Assembly: GCA_963828195.1 (NCBI GenBank)
Contig: CAWHDT010000005.1
Coordinates: 640,001 to 704,000 of the forward strand
Direction: 5' to 3'
Origin: Candidatus Bathyarchaeota archaeon
GTDB lineage: Archaea > Thermoproteota > Bathyarchaeia > Bathyarchaeales > Bathycorpusculaceae
Length of the DNA: 64,000 nt
Shown: positions 36,094 through 46,470 of the stretch, piece after piece
Layout of the letters: every line of letters starts with the position of its first letter
Position numbering within the stretch: the stretch's first letter is position 1
Position numbers and translations under genes: made by a program
Notes under the pieces: model-generated
Databases searched by the model: none
Told to the model about the DNA's origin: nothing
What the model saw: only the letters and a program-made list of their open reading frames with translations

Positions 36094-38478
36094 TTAGGAA
36101 GCAAAAAGCGGTAACTTCTTTAATAGTTGCACGCATTTTTTTGCCAGCTGATACAGAAAGCTGCTGATTGCAACGGCGAAAGCTGGAAAAGCAGGCAGGA
36201 TATACCAGAAAAGTTTTGTTTGAGCAAAAGTGAACACTAAAAGAACTGTTAACATCCATAAGAGGATTAAAGAATCTTCTTTCACGCGTTTGATGACCGC
36301 GTTGAATACGCAAAGACCTGCCGCAAAAGGCAGCAGGATTACCCAGGGCAAGTTTTCGTTGTTAGCTATGTAGCTAAAATAGTAAAGGTAACCTCCAGAG
36401 TGGGTCTCAACGGGGCTAACTGTCCGCATAACCACATTGAACCCGAAATATCCCTGCCAGAAAATCCCTCCAAAACTAATAGACATGTAGATCAGCCAAG
36501 GAGAAAAAACCAGAAGCCCAACTCCCAAAAAAAGACCAAACTGTTTCGTAAAGAGAAACCTGACGCTTCGGTTTGTAGCAACGACGTAAAAAAGGAGAAT
36601 AAGCGGAACCAGCAAAGCCTCAATCTGCTTGGTCATTAACGCCAAACCAAAAAACACGCCGCTTAAAGCTGCATATCGACTAGTTTTCTCTGTTTTTTCG
36701 GTTAAAACAAAAAAGTATATGCTGGCTAAAATGAAGAAGATTAAAGGAACATCTGTCATGGCAAGCCGAGCAAACAAGTAGAATGTTGTGAACGTGCCTA
36801 AAACTAGAGCCGACAGAAGCCCCACTGTAGAGTTATAAAGTTTCTTCCCCAAAAAGAAAACCAGAACCAAAGACAAAGCGCCAAACACCGCACTCCAAAT
36901 CCTAGAGGCAAAGTTGTTAACGCCGAAAACCTGGTAAGCAAGAGACATAAGCCACATGTTAAGAGGCGGTTTGCCGATCCAAAAATTTACAATGCCAAAA
37001 GCCCAAGGGGTCAAGTAGTCTCCACTCTTAACCATGTGGAATGCCCACTGAGAATACGTTTGCTCGTCAGTAGCCTTGAGAGCGCCGCTTCCCAGATTCA
37101 CGAAGAATATTGCGGAAAAACCAAGAATCGCCAAAACACAAAGAGCGTCGGCGTGTGCTTGAAACCAAGCCATTTTTTTGCCAGAAACATTTGCAGCGTC
37201 AACGTTTCGCTTACCCCGCCTATTCGAGTGTACAATGCGGGCGGCTGCAAAAATAATCACGGCGGCTACAGCGAACGCAGTTGCGTCAAGGGCTATGGTC
37301 GTCCAAGGCAGGGAGCTGGTAGATTGCAGGGATACGGTTTCAGCAGTTGAATTGTATAGGGCAAAAGCGTAGAGGTTATTGTCATCAGAACCAACAAACA
37401 GAGTATTATTGAAGATAGCTGGGGAAGACTCTACAAAATTTCCAGTCTCGTAACTCCACTCCTTCGCTCCCGTGGAAGCGTTAATGCAATAAACGTTGTA
37501 GTCATCAGAACCCACGTAGACGTTGCCCGCTGCAACCAAGGGCGAAGACCAAACCCAATACCCAGTTCGGCTCTGCCATATTTTCAAGCCGTCAGAAGCG
37601 TTCAAGCAATAAACGTTGTTGTCCTCGGAACCCACATAAACGCATCCATAAGCAACAGCAGGAGAAGAGGTCACCGCATCTTGGGTTTGATATCTCCAAA
37701 TCTGAACACCATTTGAAGCATTTAAACAACAAACGTAACCGTCGATTGTGCCGATGTAGACGCATCCGTTGGATACGCTGGGGGAGGAGACGGTGCTTCC
37801 AGTGGGGCTACTCCATATTTCGCTGCCAGTAGATGAGTTGAGTGCATAAACGAAATAGTTATCAGAAGAAACATAAACGACGCCTCCCACAACCGCAGGA
37901 GATGAATCAACACTTGTACCTATGGTGCAACTCCAAAGCTTCACCCCGTTGGAAGCATTTAATGCGTAAACGTTTCCGTCATAGGAGCCGACGTAGACTA
38001 CTTCGTTGACAACTGCAGGGGAAGAATAAACCTCGCCGCCTGTTGTGTAATTCCAAAGTTTGTCTCCATTAGCTGCATTCAATGCGTAAACATTCCCGCC
38101 CTCGCAGCCTACATAGACGCATCCGTCGCAGATGGCAGGCGAGGAATCCACTTTGCTTTCAGTTGAGAAATACCAGACAAGTTGACCGCTGGAAGAGTTG
38201 AGACAGTAAATGGCTCCGTCTTCGGAACCAACCCAAACGTAGCCGTTAGCCGCTGCGGGAGAAGACAAAACACCCTGCATTGTCGTGAAATTCCATAAGA
38301 GTTCAGCGGAATTCGCGGGTCCGCCTGAATTTGTAGTGCCGCTGCGGCTCGGGTCATTTCGGAACATCGGCCAGTTTCCGCTGCTTGAACTCGCAGCGGT
38401 ACATGAGGCTACTGACACGCTGTAGGAAATTAAAAGAACGGAAATTAGAATGACAAGTGCCCAGTTGAATTTTCTCAT
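36094..38478 (-). CDS. PQQ-like beta-propeller fused to PMT/ArnT-type (GT-C) glycosyltransferase
   Basis: WPMFRND, about 8 SSPAV..VYVGS.D..VYALNA repeats, then DEQTY, KPPL..W and YILP multi-TM domain. Confidence 0.82.
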   Translation of the reverse strand: MRKFNWALVILISVLLISYSVSVASCTAASSSSGNWPMFRNDPSRSGTTNSGGPANSAELLWNFTTMQGVLSSPAAANGYVWVGSEDGAIYCLNSSSGQLVWYFSTESKVDSSPAICDGCVYVGCEGGNVYALNAANGDKLWNYTTGGEVYSSPAVVNEVVYVGSYDGNVYALNASNGVKLWSCTIGTSVDSSPAVVGGVVYVSSDNYFVYALNSSTGSEIWSSPTGSTVSSPSVSNGCVYIGTIDGYVCCLNASNGVQIWRYQTQDAVTSSPAVAYGCVYVGSEDNNVYCLNASDGLKIWQSRTGYWVWSSPLVAAGNVYVGSDDYNVYCINASTGAKEWSYETGNFVESSPAIFNNTLFVGSDDNNLYAFALYNSTAETVSLQSTSSLPWTTIALDATAFAVAAVIIFAAARIVHSNRRGKRNVDAANVSGKKMAWFQAHADALCVLAILGFSAIFFVNLGSGALKATDEQTYSQWAFHMVKSGDYLTPWAFGIVNFWIGKPPLNMWLMSLAYQVFGVNNFASRIWSAVFGALSLVLVFFLGKKLYNSTVGLLSALVLGTFTTFYLFARLAMTDVPLIFFILASIYFFVLTEKTEKTSRYAALSGVFFGLALMTKQIEALLVPLILLFYVVATNRSVRFLFTKQFGLFLGVGLLVFSPWLIYMSISFGGIFWQGYFGFNVVMRTVSPVETHSGGYLYYFSYIANNENLPWVILLPFAAGLCVFNAVIKRVKEDSLILLWMLTVLLVFTFAQTKLFWYILPAFPAFAVAISSFLYQLAKKCVQLLKKLPLFAS

Positions 38479-38704
38479 CGCTATTCATTCATGAGACCAG
38501 TGTGAGAATAGAATATATTAAATTAATTCAAGTTCAAGAACATAAGTTTTGAAAAAACATCTGCACTGAAAAAAAATCAAAGCAAATCGGAATCGCATCA
38601 AAATCACCTTTAATTTTACGAATAAAACAAAAAAAATCGGGTGGGAGAATTTTGCAGAGGCTATTTTAAGTGAAGTTTAGTGCAAAGCTGATTGGAACGG
38701 CTTC

Positions 38705-39103
38705 TCACCAAGACTGCCTAATGGGGCAAATCTTCTGCGCCATTCCATACACGGTGTTTGCTTTTTTGCGTTCGCGTTCGTTGTCGGTTTTCAATCCGAC
38801 GTTCATGTTGAAGTGCACGTTTGTGAAGATTAGTTTCTCCATGCCTTCGATGTTCATTTTGACGTTTGCTTTTGTTTCTAGGTTTTTGAGTTCTAGCTGG
38901 CTGTTTTTTGCGATTAAAAGAAACAGCGTGTTGATGCATGAGGCTAAGGCAGCGGCGAATATGTCTTCGGGTACGCAGTAGCCTTCTTTTCCTCCAAACA
39001 TGGGTGGTGGACTGACAGTTATGAGTTCTTTGCCTTTTATTGACAGGGCGCATTCTGTTCCGCCTTTCCAGGTGGCTGTTCCTTCAAAATTCATTTCGGG
39101 CAT
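38705..39103 (-). CDS. OsmC-family protein (ends at TGA 12 codons before the next stop)
   Basis: PPMFGG..PEDIFAAALASC...CP two-Cys motif. Confidence 0.85.
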   Translation of the reverse strand: MPEMNFEGTATWKGGTECALSIKGKELITVSPPPMFGGKEGYCVPEDIFAAALASCINTLFLLIAKNSQLELKNLETKANVKMNIEGMEKLIFTNVHFNMNVGLKTDNERERKKANTVYGMAQKICPIRQSW

Positions 39104-39225
39104 TTTTACACATCCTCTTACAGACATTCTATTATTAGAATATGTTAACTTATTTATGTCTTTTCAAACCCGAAAAATAAGCCACCGTCTCCTATCTAAA
39201 AATCACTGGTCGGAAAACGCTCTCT

Positions 39226-39579
39226 TTATTGCTGGTTCAATTGAGCAGCCAAGCTCTTTGACAATTCCTGCCTTCGCCCAAGCGACTCAATAAGCAACTC
39301 ACGTACAAGATCGCAAGCCATGTTAATTTTGGGGTAAGCAACGCTGTAGTAAATGTTGGAGCCCTGTTTTCTCGCCTTCAAAATCTGGGCTTGCCTCAGA
39401 ATGGAGAGATGCTGAGAAAGATTCGACTGCCTCAACCCGAGCAGACCTGTCAGTTCACCCACAGATTTTTCCCCCTCTCTTAGAGCATGAAGTATCCTTA
39501 GCCGCGTAGGGTTAGCCAAGGTCTTGCAGATGTCAGCTTGCATCTCAAAGACATCCGCATCAATTTTTGCGTTATCCAT
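39226..39579 (-). CDS. ArsR-family regulator
   Basis: LANPTRLRIL, SVGEL, SNLSQHL; ATATTCGAATAT palindrome upstream (39594-39605). Confidence 0.9.
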   Translation of the reverse strand: MDNAKIDADVFEMQADICKTLANPTRLRILHALREGEKSVGELTGLLGLRQSNLSQHLSILRQAQILKARKQGSNIYYSVAYPKINMACDLVRELLIESLGRRQELSKSLAAQLNQQ

Positions 39580-39786
39580 GAAGCAATCTCCACATATTCG
39601 AATATTCTAAAGCACAGGGTTCTTTTATTGTTTACCTGTGATCCAATGCTCATCTGCGGTTCATCGGACAGTTCCCGCCTCGTCTAAGTCCTCGTCGACT
39701 GCCATCATCAAATATAGTTTTTTTGTTTTTTCAGTACATCCTAATGTACTGATAATTTAAATATTAGTACATTGCAATGTACACAT

Positions 39787-41121
39787 ATGATAAATTCGAG
39801 CCTTCTACAGAGGTTTAATCTCCAGTGGAGCACTGGCAAAATCTCAGAAGATTTAGCTAAGCCCTTCAGAAGATCCGTCTACTTTGACGCCTTGGACAAG
39901 TTAGAACGCCGGCAGGTTGTGGTCATCACAGGATTAAGGCGGGTTGGAAAAAGCACAACCATGTTCCAGCTAATTCAAGAGTTGCTGTCAAAAGGCGTTG
40001 CGCCTAGAAATATTTTGTATTTTTCTTTTGATGACGAAAAAAACACGGTTGATGAAGTACTGGAAACTTATGAGCGGGACGTTTTGACAAGGAGTTTTGG
40101 AGCCCTCGAAGAGAGAATATACATTTTTCTTGACGAGGTACAGTATTCAAAAGGGTGGGAAGGCAAACTAAAAACGTTTTATGACCTTTACCCAAAAATC
40201 AAGTTCGTCGTATCAGGCTCGGCGTCGCTGCTTGTTGAAAAATCTGTTAGGGAAAGATTGGCAGGAAGGTTTTTCACTGTACCCGTTTCGCCGCTTGATT
40301 TCAGGGAATTTTCTGCAATGAAAAACGCCCCGCTTGAACAGGTCGAGTTTAACTTAGCCAAACTTAAAGAAGCATTCCTGAAACAAACGGTTGCGCTGCC
40401 GTTGTTCTTGGAATTTGTAAGAAAGGGAGGCTTCCCCGAGCTCACGTCGGAAAGCAACGAAATCATTGTTGCAGAATACATAAGAAACAGTGTTGTTGAC
40501 AGAGTGGTTTTCAAAGACTTCGCGTTGCTGGCTGACAAAAGAGATTTTGAACTTTTCGAAAAAATAATCAACTTAACATGCGCTAGCCCTGGAATGCTGA
40601 CTAACTACGTAAACATTTCAAACGATTTGAAGCGAGACAGACGAACAATCTCAAACTATTTCCGCCTCCTAGCCTATGCAATGCTGCTTTTTCAAACGTC
40701 AAACTACCGAAAAGGCGCAGTTTCAATCAGAAAACTCCCAAAAACATACGTCGCATCTACAGGAATCATCTTCTCATTTTACCCCCAAAACTTCACCGAA
40801 AAAGAAACGCTATCAAGAATAATTGAAAATTTGGTTGTGGTCTCCTGCAAGGCAAAGTATTATTGGCGGCGTGGAAAAAACGAGGTCGACATAGTTCTTG
40901 AACAAAATCAGAAGCTTATTCCGATAGAAATAAAATTCCGCAAAGAAATCGAGAACAAAGACCTGAAGGGAATTCTCAGGTTCATGGATGAAAACAATAT
41001 AGATTTCGGAATTATTGTAAGCGAAGCAGCACTTAACGAAATTAAGCTCAATAAGAAGACCATCTGGATAATTCCAGCATGGCTTTTCCTCCTAGTTAAT
41101 GGAGGAAGTATTAGTGACTGA
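39787..41121 (+). CDS. AAA_14 ATPase with DUF4143 domain
   Basis: GLRRVGKS, LDEVQ, SGS, GGFPE, EVD..PIEIK; tandem GTACAT..ATGTAC palindromes upstream (39733-39780). Confidence 0.85.
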   Translation: MINSSLLQRFNLQWSTGKISEDLAKPFRRSVYFDALDKLERRQVVVITGLRRVGKSTTMFQLIQELLSKGVAPRNILYFSFDDEKNTVDEVLETYERDVLTRSFGALEERIYIFLDEVQYSKGWEGKLKTFYDLYPKIKFVVSGSASLLVEKSVRERLAGRFFTVPVSPLDFREFSAMKNAPLEQVEFNLAKLKEAFLKQTVALPLFLEFVRKGGFPELTSESNEIIVAEYIRNSVVDRVVFKDFALLADKRDFELFEKIINLTCASPGMLTNYVNISNDLKRDRRTISNYFRLLAYAMLLFQTSNYRKGAVSIRKLPKTYVASTGIIFSFYPQNFTEKETLSRIIENLVVVSCKAKYYWRRGKNEVDIVLEQNQKLIPIEIKFRKEIENKDLKGILRFMDENNIDFGIIVSEAALNEIKLNKKTIWIIPAWLFLLVNGGSISD

Positions 41122-41327
41122 TTGAAGGCTGTTGCCGCCTCCCGAAATTTAGTCATTTATAAAAGGCACATTTCGAAACAAAACCCAAACAGAAACCGCC
41201 AAAAACCCGAGCCTGCGTTTAATCAGAGCTTCCACTTATTTCTTGATTATAATGGGAAAAATGGGTTTAATTATGGGTAAAATTTAAGAACATCTTTATC
41301 TCCATTTAGGTGCAATCTGTTGGTGAA

Positions 41328-42407
41328 TGTGTGTATTGTCAAAAATGTGGCGCTCAGCTTCCTGATGATGTGGCTTTCTGCACTAAATGTGGAGCTAGCA
41401 CATCGGTAAACGCTTCTAAGCCATCTCAAGCGGCTTCCAGTGGACCTGTTATTGCTCCTTCGGGTGTGTCATCGCTTAAATGCCCCAGCTGCGGAGCACC
41501 TATCGCCCCAAAGTTCGGCGAGATGGTTATAACCTGCGCGTACTGTGGCAGCGGAGTCACTTTGGGAAGTCAAGGCTGGACTAACATCCAGAAGCAGACG
41601 ATGCTTACTTTGAAGGTCGCCACCGTTGAGCAGGCGAACGCGATAATCAAGCCTTTAGTAGATAATGGTTTTCTGCATAGGAACCGTTTCAAAGATTCTA
41701 AGCAGGAGGAAATAAGCCTCACTTACGTGCCTTACTGGATTGTAAGCGTCTCTGCACGCACAAGCATCAGCGTGGCGAACCAAAACGCGCAGCTCGCACA
41801 GACCGCTGCATCCGCTGCAGTGCTGGGAGTAATACTTGGCGGCATGGGCGGAGGTTTCGGAGGCGGCGGAGGAGGACGCAGAGGTGGCGGACGCAGACGC
41901 GCTTTCGAAGCAGACTCTGAAGTTAGCCGTTCGTTTGCGTGTATTCTTGGGTTGAAGCGGATACGGATAATGGGTTTTGGGATGGGCATGGGGCGCGGAG
42001 GCGGCGGCGGAAACAAAAAAGCTGAGCAGATGGATGAGAACTATAATTTTCCTGTGATTGCGCTTAAGGCTCTCACGGATTATCAGCCGCAGAACTACCA
42101 GTTTAATCTTGAAGGCAGAGAACTCTTTGACATTGCAAAGTTGCCTAAGCAGGTGAAGATTCTTAACGGGGACATCAGTGAAGACGGCGCTAAAACTCAG
42201 GCGAAGACGCTGGTTGATCAGTTGCAGTCGCAGAAGGCACACGCGAAATACCAATCTATTCAGTCTATGAATACTGAGTGTGATGTGGGGGATGTGGAGC
42301 TTTTGCATGTTCCAGTGTGGTTTGCAAGGTACGACCACAAGGGCGACAAGATTATGCTGGTCATCGATGCTAACTCGGGCAAAGTAATCAACAGCCACGG
42401 ACTATAA
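41328..42407 (+). CDS. Double zinc-ribbon protein with Gly-rich segments
   Basis: CQKCG..CTKCG, CPSCG..CAYCG, YVPYW, HVPVW...IDANSGKV. Confidence 0.7.
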   Translation, partial: CVYCQKCGAQLPDDVAFCTKCGASTSVNASKPSQAASSGPVIAPSGVSSLKCPSCGAPIAPKFGEMVITCAYCGSGVTLGSQGWTNIQKQTMLTLKVATVEQANAIIKPLVDNGFLHRNRFKDSKQEEISLTYVPYWIVSVSARTSISVANQNAQLAQTAASAAVLGVILGGMGGGFGGGGGGRRGGGRRRAFEADSEVSRSFACILGLKRIRIMGFGMGMGRGGGGGNKKAEQMDENYNFPVIALKALTDYQPQNYQFNLEGRELFDIAKLPKQVKILNGDISEDGAKTQAKTLVDQLQSQKAHAKYQSIQSMNTECDVGDVELLHVPVWFARYDHKGDKIMLVIDANSGKVINSHGL

Positions 42408-42457
42408 CCACGCGCCGCAACAAAACTCCCGCTGAAAACCTATCTTCCACACCATAA

Positions 42458-42603
42458 TGGTACTTTTGGGTACGCAGCCTGCAACTGATTTAAGCTTTGC
42501 CGCAAAAAAGCAACCGGGCACAAACGCATCCAAAAACAAAATTAATTTTTCTTCTTCCAAAAAAAGAAAAAACCTCAACAGCCACTTTGTCAACGCTGCG
42601 AAA
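42458..42603 (-). repeat. 146-bp dispersed repeat, copy A
   Basis: Near-identical reverse complement of 54388-54533. Confidence 0.92.
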
Positions 42604-42652
42604 AAGCAGCCGAAAACATTTGTAATTGGGTCTTTGCCATTTATTGCTAAAT

Positions 42653-44059
42653 CTAAATCTTGTCCAAGTTGAATTCTTCATGGATGGCTCGGACAACTGC
42701 AATGCCGTCTTTTTCTTTGACAACGAATGAAATGTTCAGTTCTGAGCTGCCTTGAGCGATCATGCGGATGTTTATGCCTTTTTTTGCGACGGTAGCGAAG
42801 ATTTTGGAGGCTATACCTAGGGTTCCCTTCATGTTGGCGCCCATGACGGCTATTACGGCAACATCGTCTTCCGCCGTAACTTCGCTGACTAAGCCGCCTC
42901 TGTCTAAGAGCGCAATTTCAAGAGTACTAATAGCCCTACCTAAAAGCCCTCGACGGATAATCATTGAAATGTTCGCTTCCGAAGCAGCGGTTGATATCAT
43001 CATGACGTTGATGTTGTTTTTGCCTAAAACCTCAAACACTTTAGCGTAGCTTCCGGGAGCACCAACCATCCCTGCGCCGCTAACGTTAAGCATGGCAACA
43101 TCCTTGATCAATGCTACCGCTTTCACGGCTTCCTTAGCATTCCCATCTGGCTCTTTAGTTATTAGTGTCCCTTGGTTTTCGGGGTGGAAAATGCTGCGTA
43201 TCCTAACCGGAATGCCTTCTTTTATTACTGGTTCCAGAGCGCGTGGGTGCATGGCTTTGGCGCCGAAAATTGCCATTTCAGCCGCTTCTTGGTAGCTGAG
43301 TAGGGAAAGCATTTTGGCTGAAGGAACAATTTTTGGGTCAGTGGTCATTATGCCATCGACGTCTGTCCATATCCAGATTTCATCGGCGCCTAAACCAACT
43401 CCTAAAATGGTTGCGGTATAATCTGAGCCGCCGCGGCCAACGGTGGTTACAACGCCATCTTGGTTTGCCGCAATAAATCCTGTGACAACTGGGATGATTT
43501 CTTTTTCCAGTAGTGGCGCTAGTCGTTCTCGGATGAGGTGAGTGGTGTAATTCATGAGGGGGTCGGCTTCGCCGAAGTTGGAGTCGGTGACGATGCCTGC
43601 TTCTTTGCCTGTGAACCATTGTGTTTCAAACCCTTTGTCTTTTATGGTTCCCCAGACAATAGGTGCAGACAATCTCTCGCCGAAGGAAACTACGTAATCT
43701 TTAGATTTTGGGGTAAGTTCGCCGACGTAGCAGATGCCTGTTAAAACCTTCTCCAGCTCAACAATTGTTTTCTCAACGGTTTCGGTAACTTCTTTTTGCA
43801 ACTGTTTACTTTTGATGGCTGTTGAAATCGTCTCTAAATGTTTTTTCAGCAGTTCTTTGGTGAAGGCTTGGATGCGTTTTTCATCGCTTTTTTTGGCTAA
43901 CTCAGCAATTTCAATTAGGCTATTAGTTACACCTGCCAAAGCTGAGACAACCACGGTAACTTTGTCTTTTTTAGCGTTTTTAATGACTATGTCAGCTACA
44001 TGACGTATATTTTCGCCTGTGCCAACGCTGGTGCCGCCGAACTTCATTACGATTTTCAT
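42653..44059 (-). CDS. lysC: Aspartate kinase
   Basis: KFGGTSV, GERLS, GRGGSDYTA, two ACT domains. Confidence 0.95.
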   Translation of the reverse strand: MKIVMKFGGTSVGTGENIRHVADIVIKNAKKDKVTVVVSALAGVTNSLIEIAELAKKSDEKRIQAFTKELLKKHLETISTAIKSKQLQKEVTETVEKTIVELEKVLTGICYVGELTPKSKDYVVSFGERLSAPIVWGTIKDKGFETQWFTGKEAGIVTDSNFGEADPLMNYTTHLIRERLAPLLEKEIIPVVTGFIAANQDGVVTTVGRGGSDYTATILGVGLGADEIWIWTDVDGIMTTDPKIVPSAKMLSLLSYQEAAEMAIFGAKAMHPRALEPVIKEGIPVRIRSIFHPENQGTLITKEPDGNAKEAVKAVALIKDVAMLNVSGAGMVGAPGSYAKVFEVLGKNNINVMMISTAASEANISMIIRRGLLGRAISTLEIALLDRGGLVSEVTAEDDVAVIAVMGANMKGTLGIASKIFATVAKKGINIRMIAQGSSELNISFVVKEKDGIAVVRAIHEEFNLDKI

Positions 44060-44062
44060 TTT

Positions 44063-45106
44063 TTAGGACTCCAAATAGTTATTTAACATTCGATCCGCTA
44101 ACTTGTGTCTTATATCTAACAGGTCTCTTAAAACTGCGCTGGCAGTCTCAATTCCGCCTGCGCCTCTGCCGATAAGGGTTTGTTCTGCCGCGTACTCGGT
44201 CGAGAATGTTATCGCGTTTAAAACTCCGCTGACGCACAGGGGGTTGTTTTTCGCTATTTCTGTGGGTTTAACCGATGTGGTATTGCCGTCTATTGAACCT
44301 ATAAGCTTGATTGTGTTACCCCTGTTTGAGGCTTCATCAAGCGCTTGTAGGGATACGTCGCGGATGCCTGTTCTATCCACGTCTTTTAACGTTATTTTCT
44401 TGTTCAATATCCAGTTCGCCAGAATAACTACTTTGCAGGCGGTATCAAATCCATCAATGTCCATTGACGGCTCCCTCTCGGCGTAACCAAGCCTCTGAGC
44501 ATTTGCTAACGCTTCCTGGAAGGTCACGCGGTTTTGAGACATTTCAGTTAGAATGTAGTTAGTTGTACCGTTCAGTATGCCGCGTATGGCTAGTATTTTG
44601 TCGCCTGCGAGGCACCGTTTGGCAAACTCCAGCATGGGTGTTCCGCCGCCGACCGTTCCGCTGAATCGCAGGTAAACGTTATTGTACTCAGCTAATTCCG
44701 TGAGGGCCGGCATAGCTAGGGCCAAGGGTCCTTTGTTGGTTGTAACAACATGTTTCCCCGTTTTGAATGCTTTAGTTATGTGTGATAGGGCGGGCTCACC
44801 GGTTTTGATGTTGACGGGCGTGACTTCTACCACTACCTCCGCCTCAACTGACTCAATGACCTCTAACGCTGGCATTCCGGGGTGCCCAAACTCTGGGTCG
44901 GCGGATATCGGATAACCTCTTTTCTTAATCTCCTCTAACTTTTCAGGGCTTAACCCTTTCGGGTTTATAACCGCGCCGTCTATATCGGCGATGGCAACGA
45001 TTTTTGGGTTAAATCCGTAATCTTTCACCTTTTCCGTGTATCTTTGAGCCAGAATGGTGGTTACACCCTTCCCCACTACGCCATAGCCAACTAAGATAAT
45101 CCTCAT
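44063..45106 (-). CDS. hom: Homoserine dehydrogenase
   Basis: GYGVVG, TTNKGP, GILNGTTNYIL, GAGG.ETASAV. Confidence 0.95.
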   Translation of the reverse strand: MRIILVGYGVVGKGVTTILAQRYTEKVKDYGFNPKIVAIADIDGAVINPKGLSPEKLEEIKKRGYPISADPEFGHPGMPALEVIESVEAEVVVEVTPVNIKTGEPALSHITKAFKTGKHVVTTNKGPLALAMPALTELAEYNNVYLRFSGTVGGGTPMLEFAKRCLAGDKILAIRGILNGTTNYILTEMSQNRVTFQEALANAQRLGYAEREPSMDIDGFDTACKVVILANWILNKKITLKDVDRTGIRDVSLQALDEASNRGNTIKLIGSIDGNTTSVKPTEIAKNNPLCVSGVLNAITFSTEYAAEQTLIGRGAGGIETASAVLRDLLDIRHKLADRMLNNYLES

Positions 45107-45113
45107 TTCATAT

Positions 45114-46364
45114 TCACCTTGCCAAAATAACTCTTGACGTTTTTAATCCTAAAGCCTGCTCTATGGCGGATAGTTCAGCGTCAACCTCAATGGGTTTTTC
45201 GCTCTGTTTAATCGCAGTGTCAGGGTCCTTTAGTCCGTGCCCTGTCGTTATGCAGACGACTCGTTCATCTCTGCCGACAACGCCATTCTTAACAAGCTTC
45301 ATCATTCCAGCAATAGAAGATGCACTTGCAGGCTCTACAAAAATACCTTCAATACGTGCAAGCAATTTCTGCGCCTCCAAAATCTCCTCATCCGTAACGG
45401 TTTCAGCAGTTCCATTTGATTCTCGGATAGCGTTCACTGCTTTTTTCCAGCTTACTGGAGCGCCGATTCTTATGGCTGTGGCGACGGTTTCAGGGTTCTC
45501 AACAGGGATGATTTTGTCGCTGTTTGTTTTGATCGCTTGCGCTATTGGTGCAGAGCCAGCTGCTTGTATACCCGTCATTTTTGGCAGAGTTTTTATGAAG
45601 CCGAGCTGATGGAATTCTGTTAGGCCTTTCCAGACGGCACTTATGTTTCCAGCGTTGCCAACGGGGATGATTATTCTGTCTGGTGCTTCATTGCTTAATT
45701 GTTCGCAGATTTCGTAACCAAGAGACTTCTGTCCCTCGATGCGGAAGGGGTTAATTGAGTTGAGAAGGTAAATGTTTTTGTGCTTCTCGGCCAGTTTAAG
45801 CACGAATTCTAAGGCTTGATCAAAGTTACCGCGCACCTGCAGTACTTTGGCGCCGTGAATCATGGCTTGCGCCAACTTGCCGTAGGCAATTTTGCCTGAG
45901 GGAATAAGAACGGTGCAATTTATTCCTGCTCTTGCGGCATAAGCAGCTAAGCTTGCGCTGGTGTTGCCTGTTGAAGCGCAGATTACGTGTCTTGCACCTA
46001 GTTCAACGGCTTTCGTTACGCCAACTGTCATGCCTCGGTCTTTGAAGCTGCCTGTGGGGTTTTCTCCCTCATTCTTGACGTACAGTTGTTTTAGTCCTAA
46101 TTCATCGCCTAAGCGTTGGGAACGATGCAGACCCGTGCCGCCCTCGTTTAAAGTGACTATGCGTGTGGTTTCGTGGATGGGCATAAAGTCTCGGTACCGC
46201 CAAACGGACAGGGGCTTTGTTTTCCAATCACTGCCTTTGAGAGTTTCAGCCAACTCTTTCAGGTCAAATTTTACTTCAAGGATGTCTCCACATCGCTTGC
46301 AGAAATAAATAATCTCGTCAATATTGTATTTCGCTTTGCAGTTTATGCATTCTTGATGCGTCAT
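45114..46364 (-). CDS. thrC: Threonine synthase
   Basis: NPTGSFKDRG, ASTGNT, PVGNAGN, TGHGLKD. Confidence 0.95.
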   Translation of the reverse strand: MTHQECINCKAKYNIDEIIYFCKRCGDILEVKFDLKELAETLKGSDWKTKPLSVWRYRDFMPIHETTRIVTLNEGGTGLHRSQRLGDELGLKQLYVKNEGENPTGSFKDRGMTVGVTKAVELGARHVICASTGNTSASLAAYAARAGINCTVLIPSGKIAYGKLAQAMIHGAKVLQVRGNFDQALEFVLKLAEKHKNIYLLNSINPFRIEGQKSLGYEICEQLSNEAPDRIIIPVGNAGNISAVWKGLTEFHQLGFIKTLPKMTGIQAAGSAPIAQAIKTNSDKIIPVENPETVATAIRIGAPVSWKKAVNAIRESNGTAETVTDEEILEAQKLLARIEGIFVEPASASSIAGMMKLVKNGVVGRDERVVCITTGHGLKDPDTAIKQSEKPIEVDAELSAIEQALGLKTSRVILAR

Positions 46365-46470
46365 GGTTCCATTCTCCTTTAGATAAGCGCCTTTTCAGGG
46401 CACAGTAACGTAAGCTGTAGCTGAAGTATCAACTGCGGCATTATTAATTTTGTTGTTTCCATGAAGCTTA

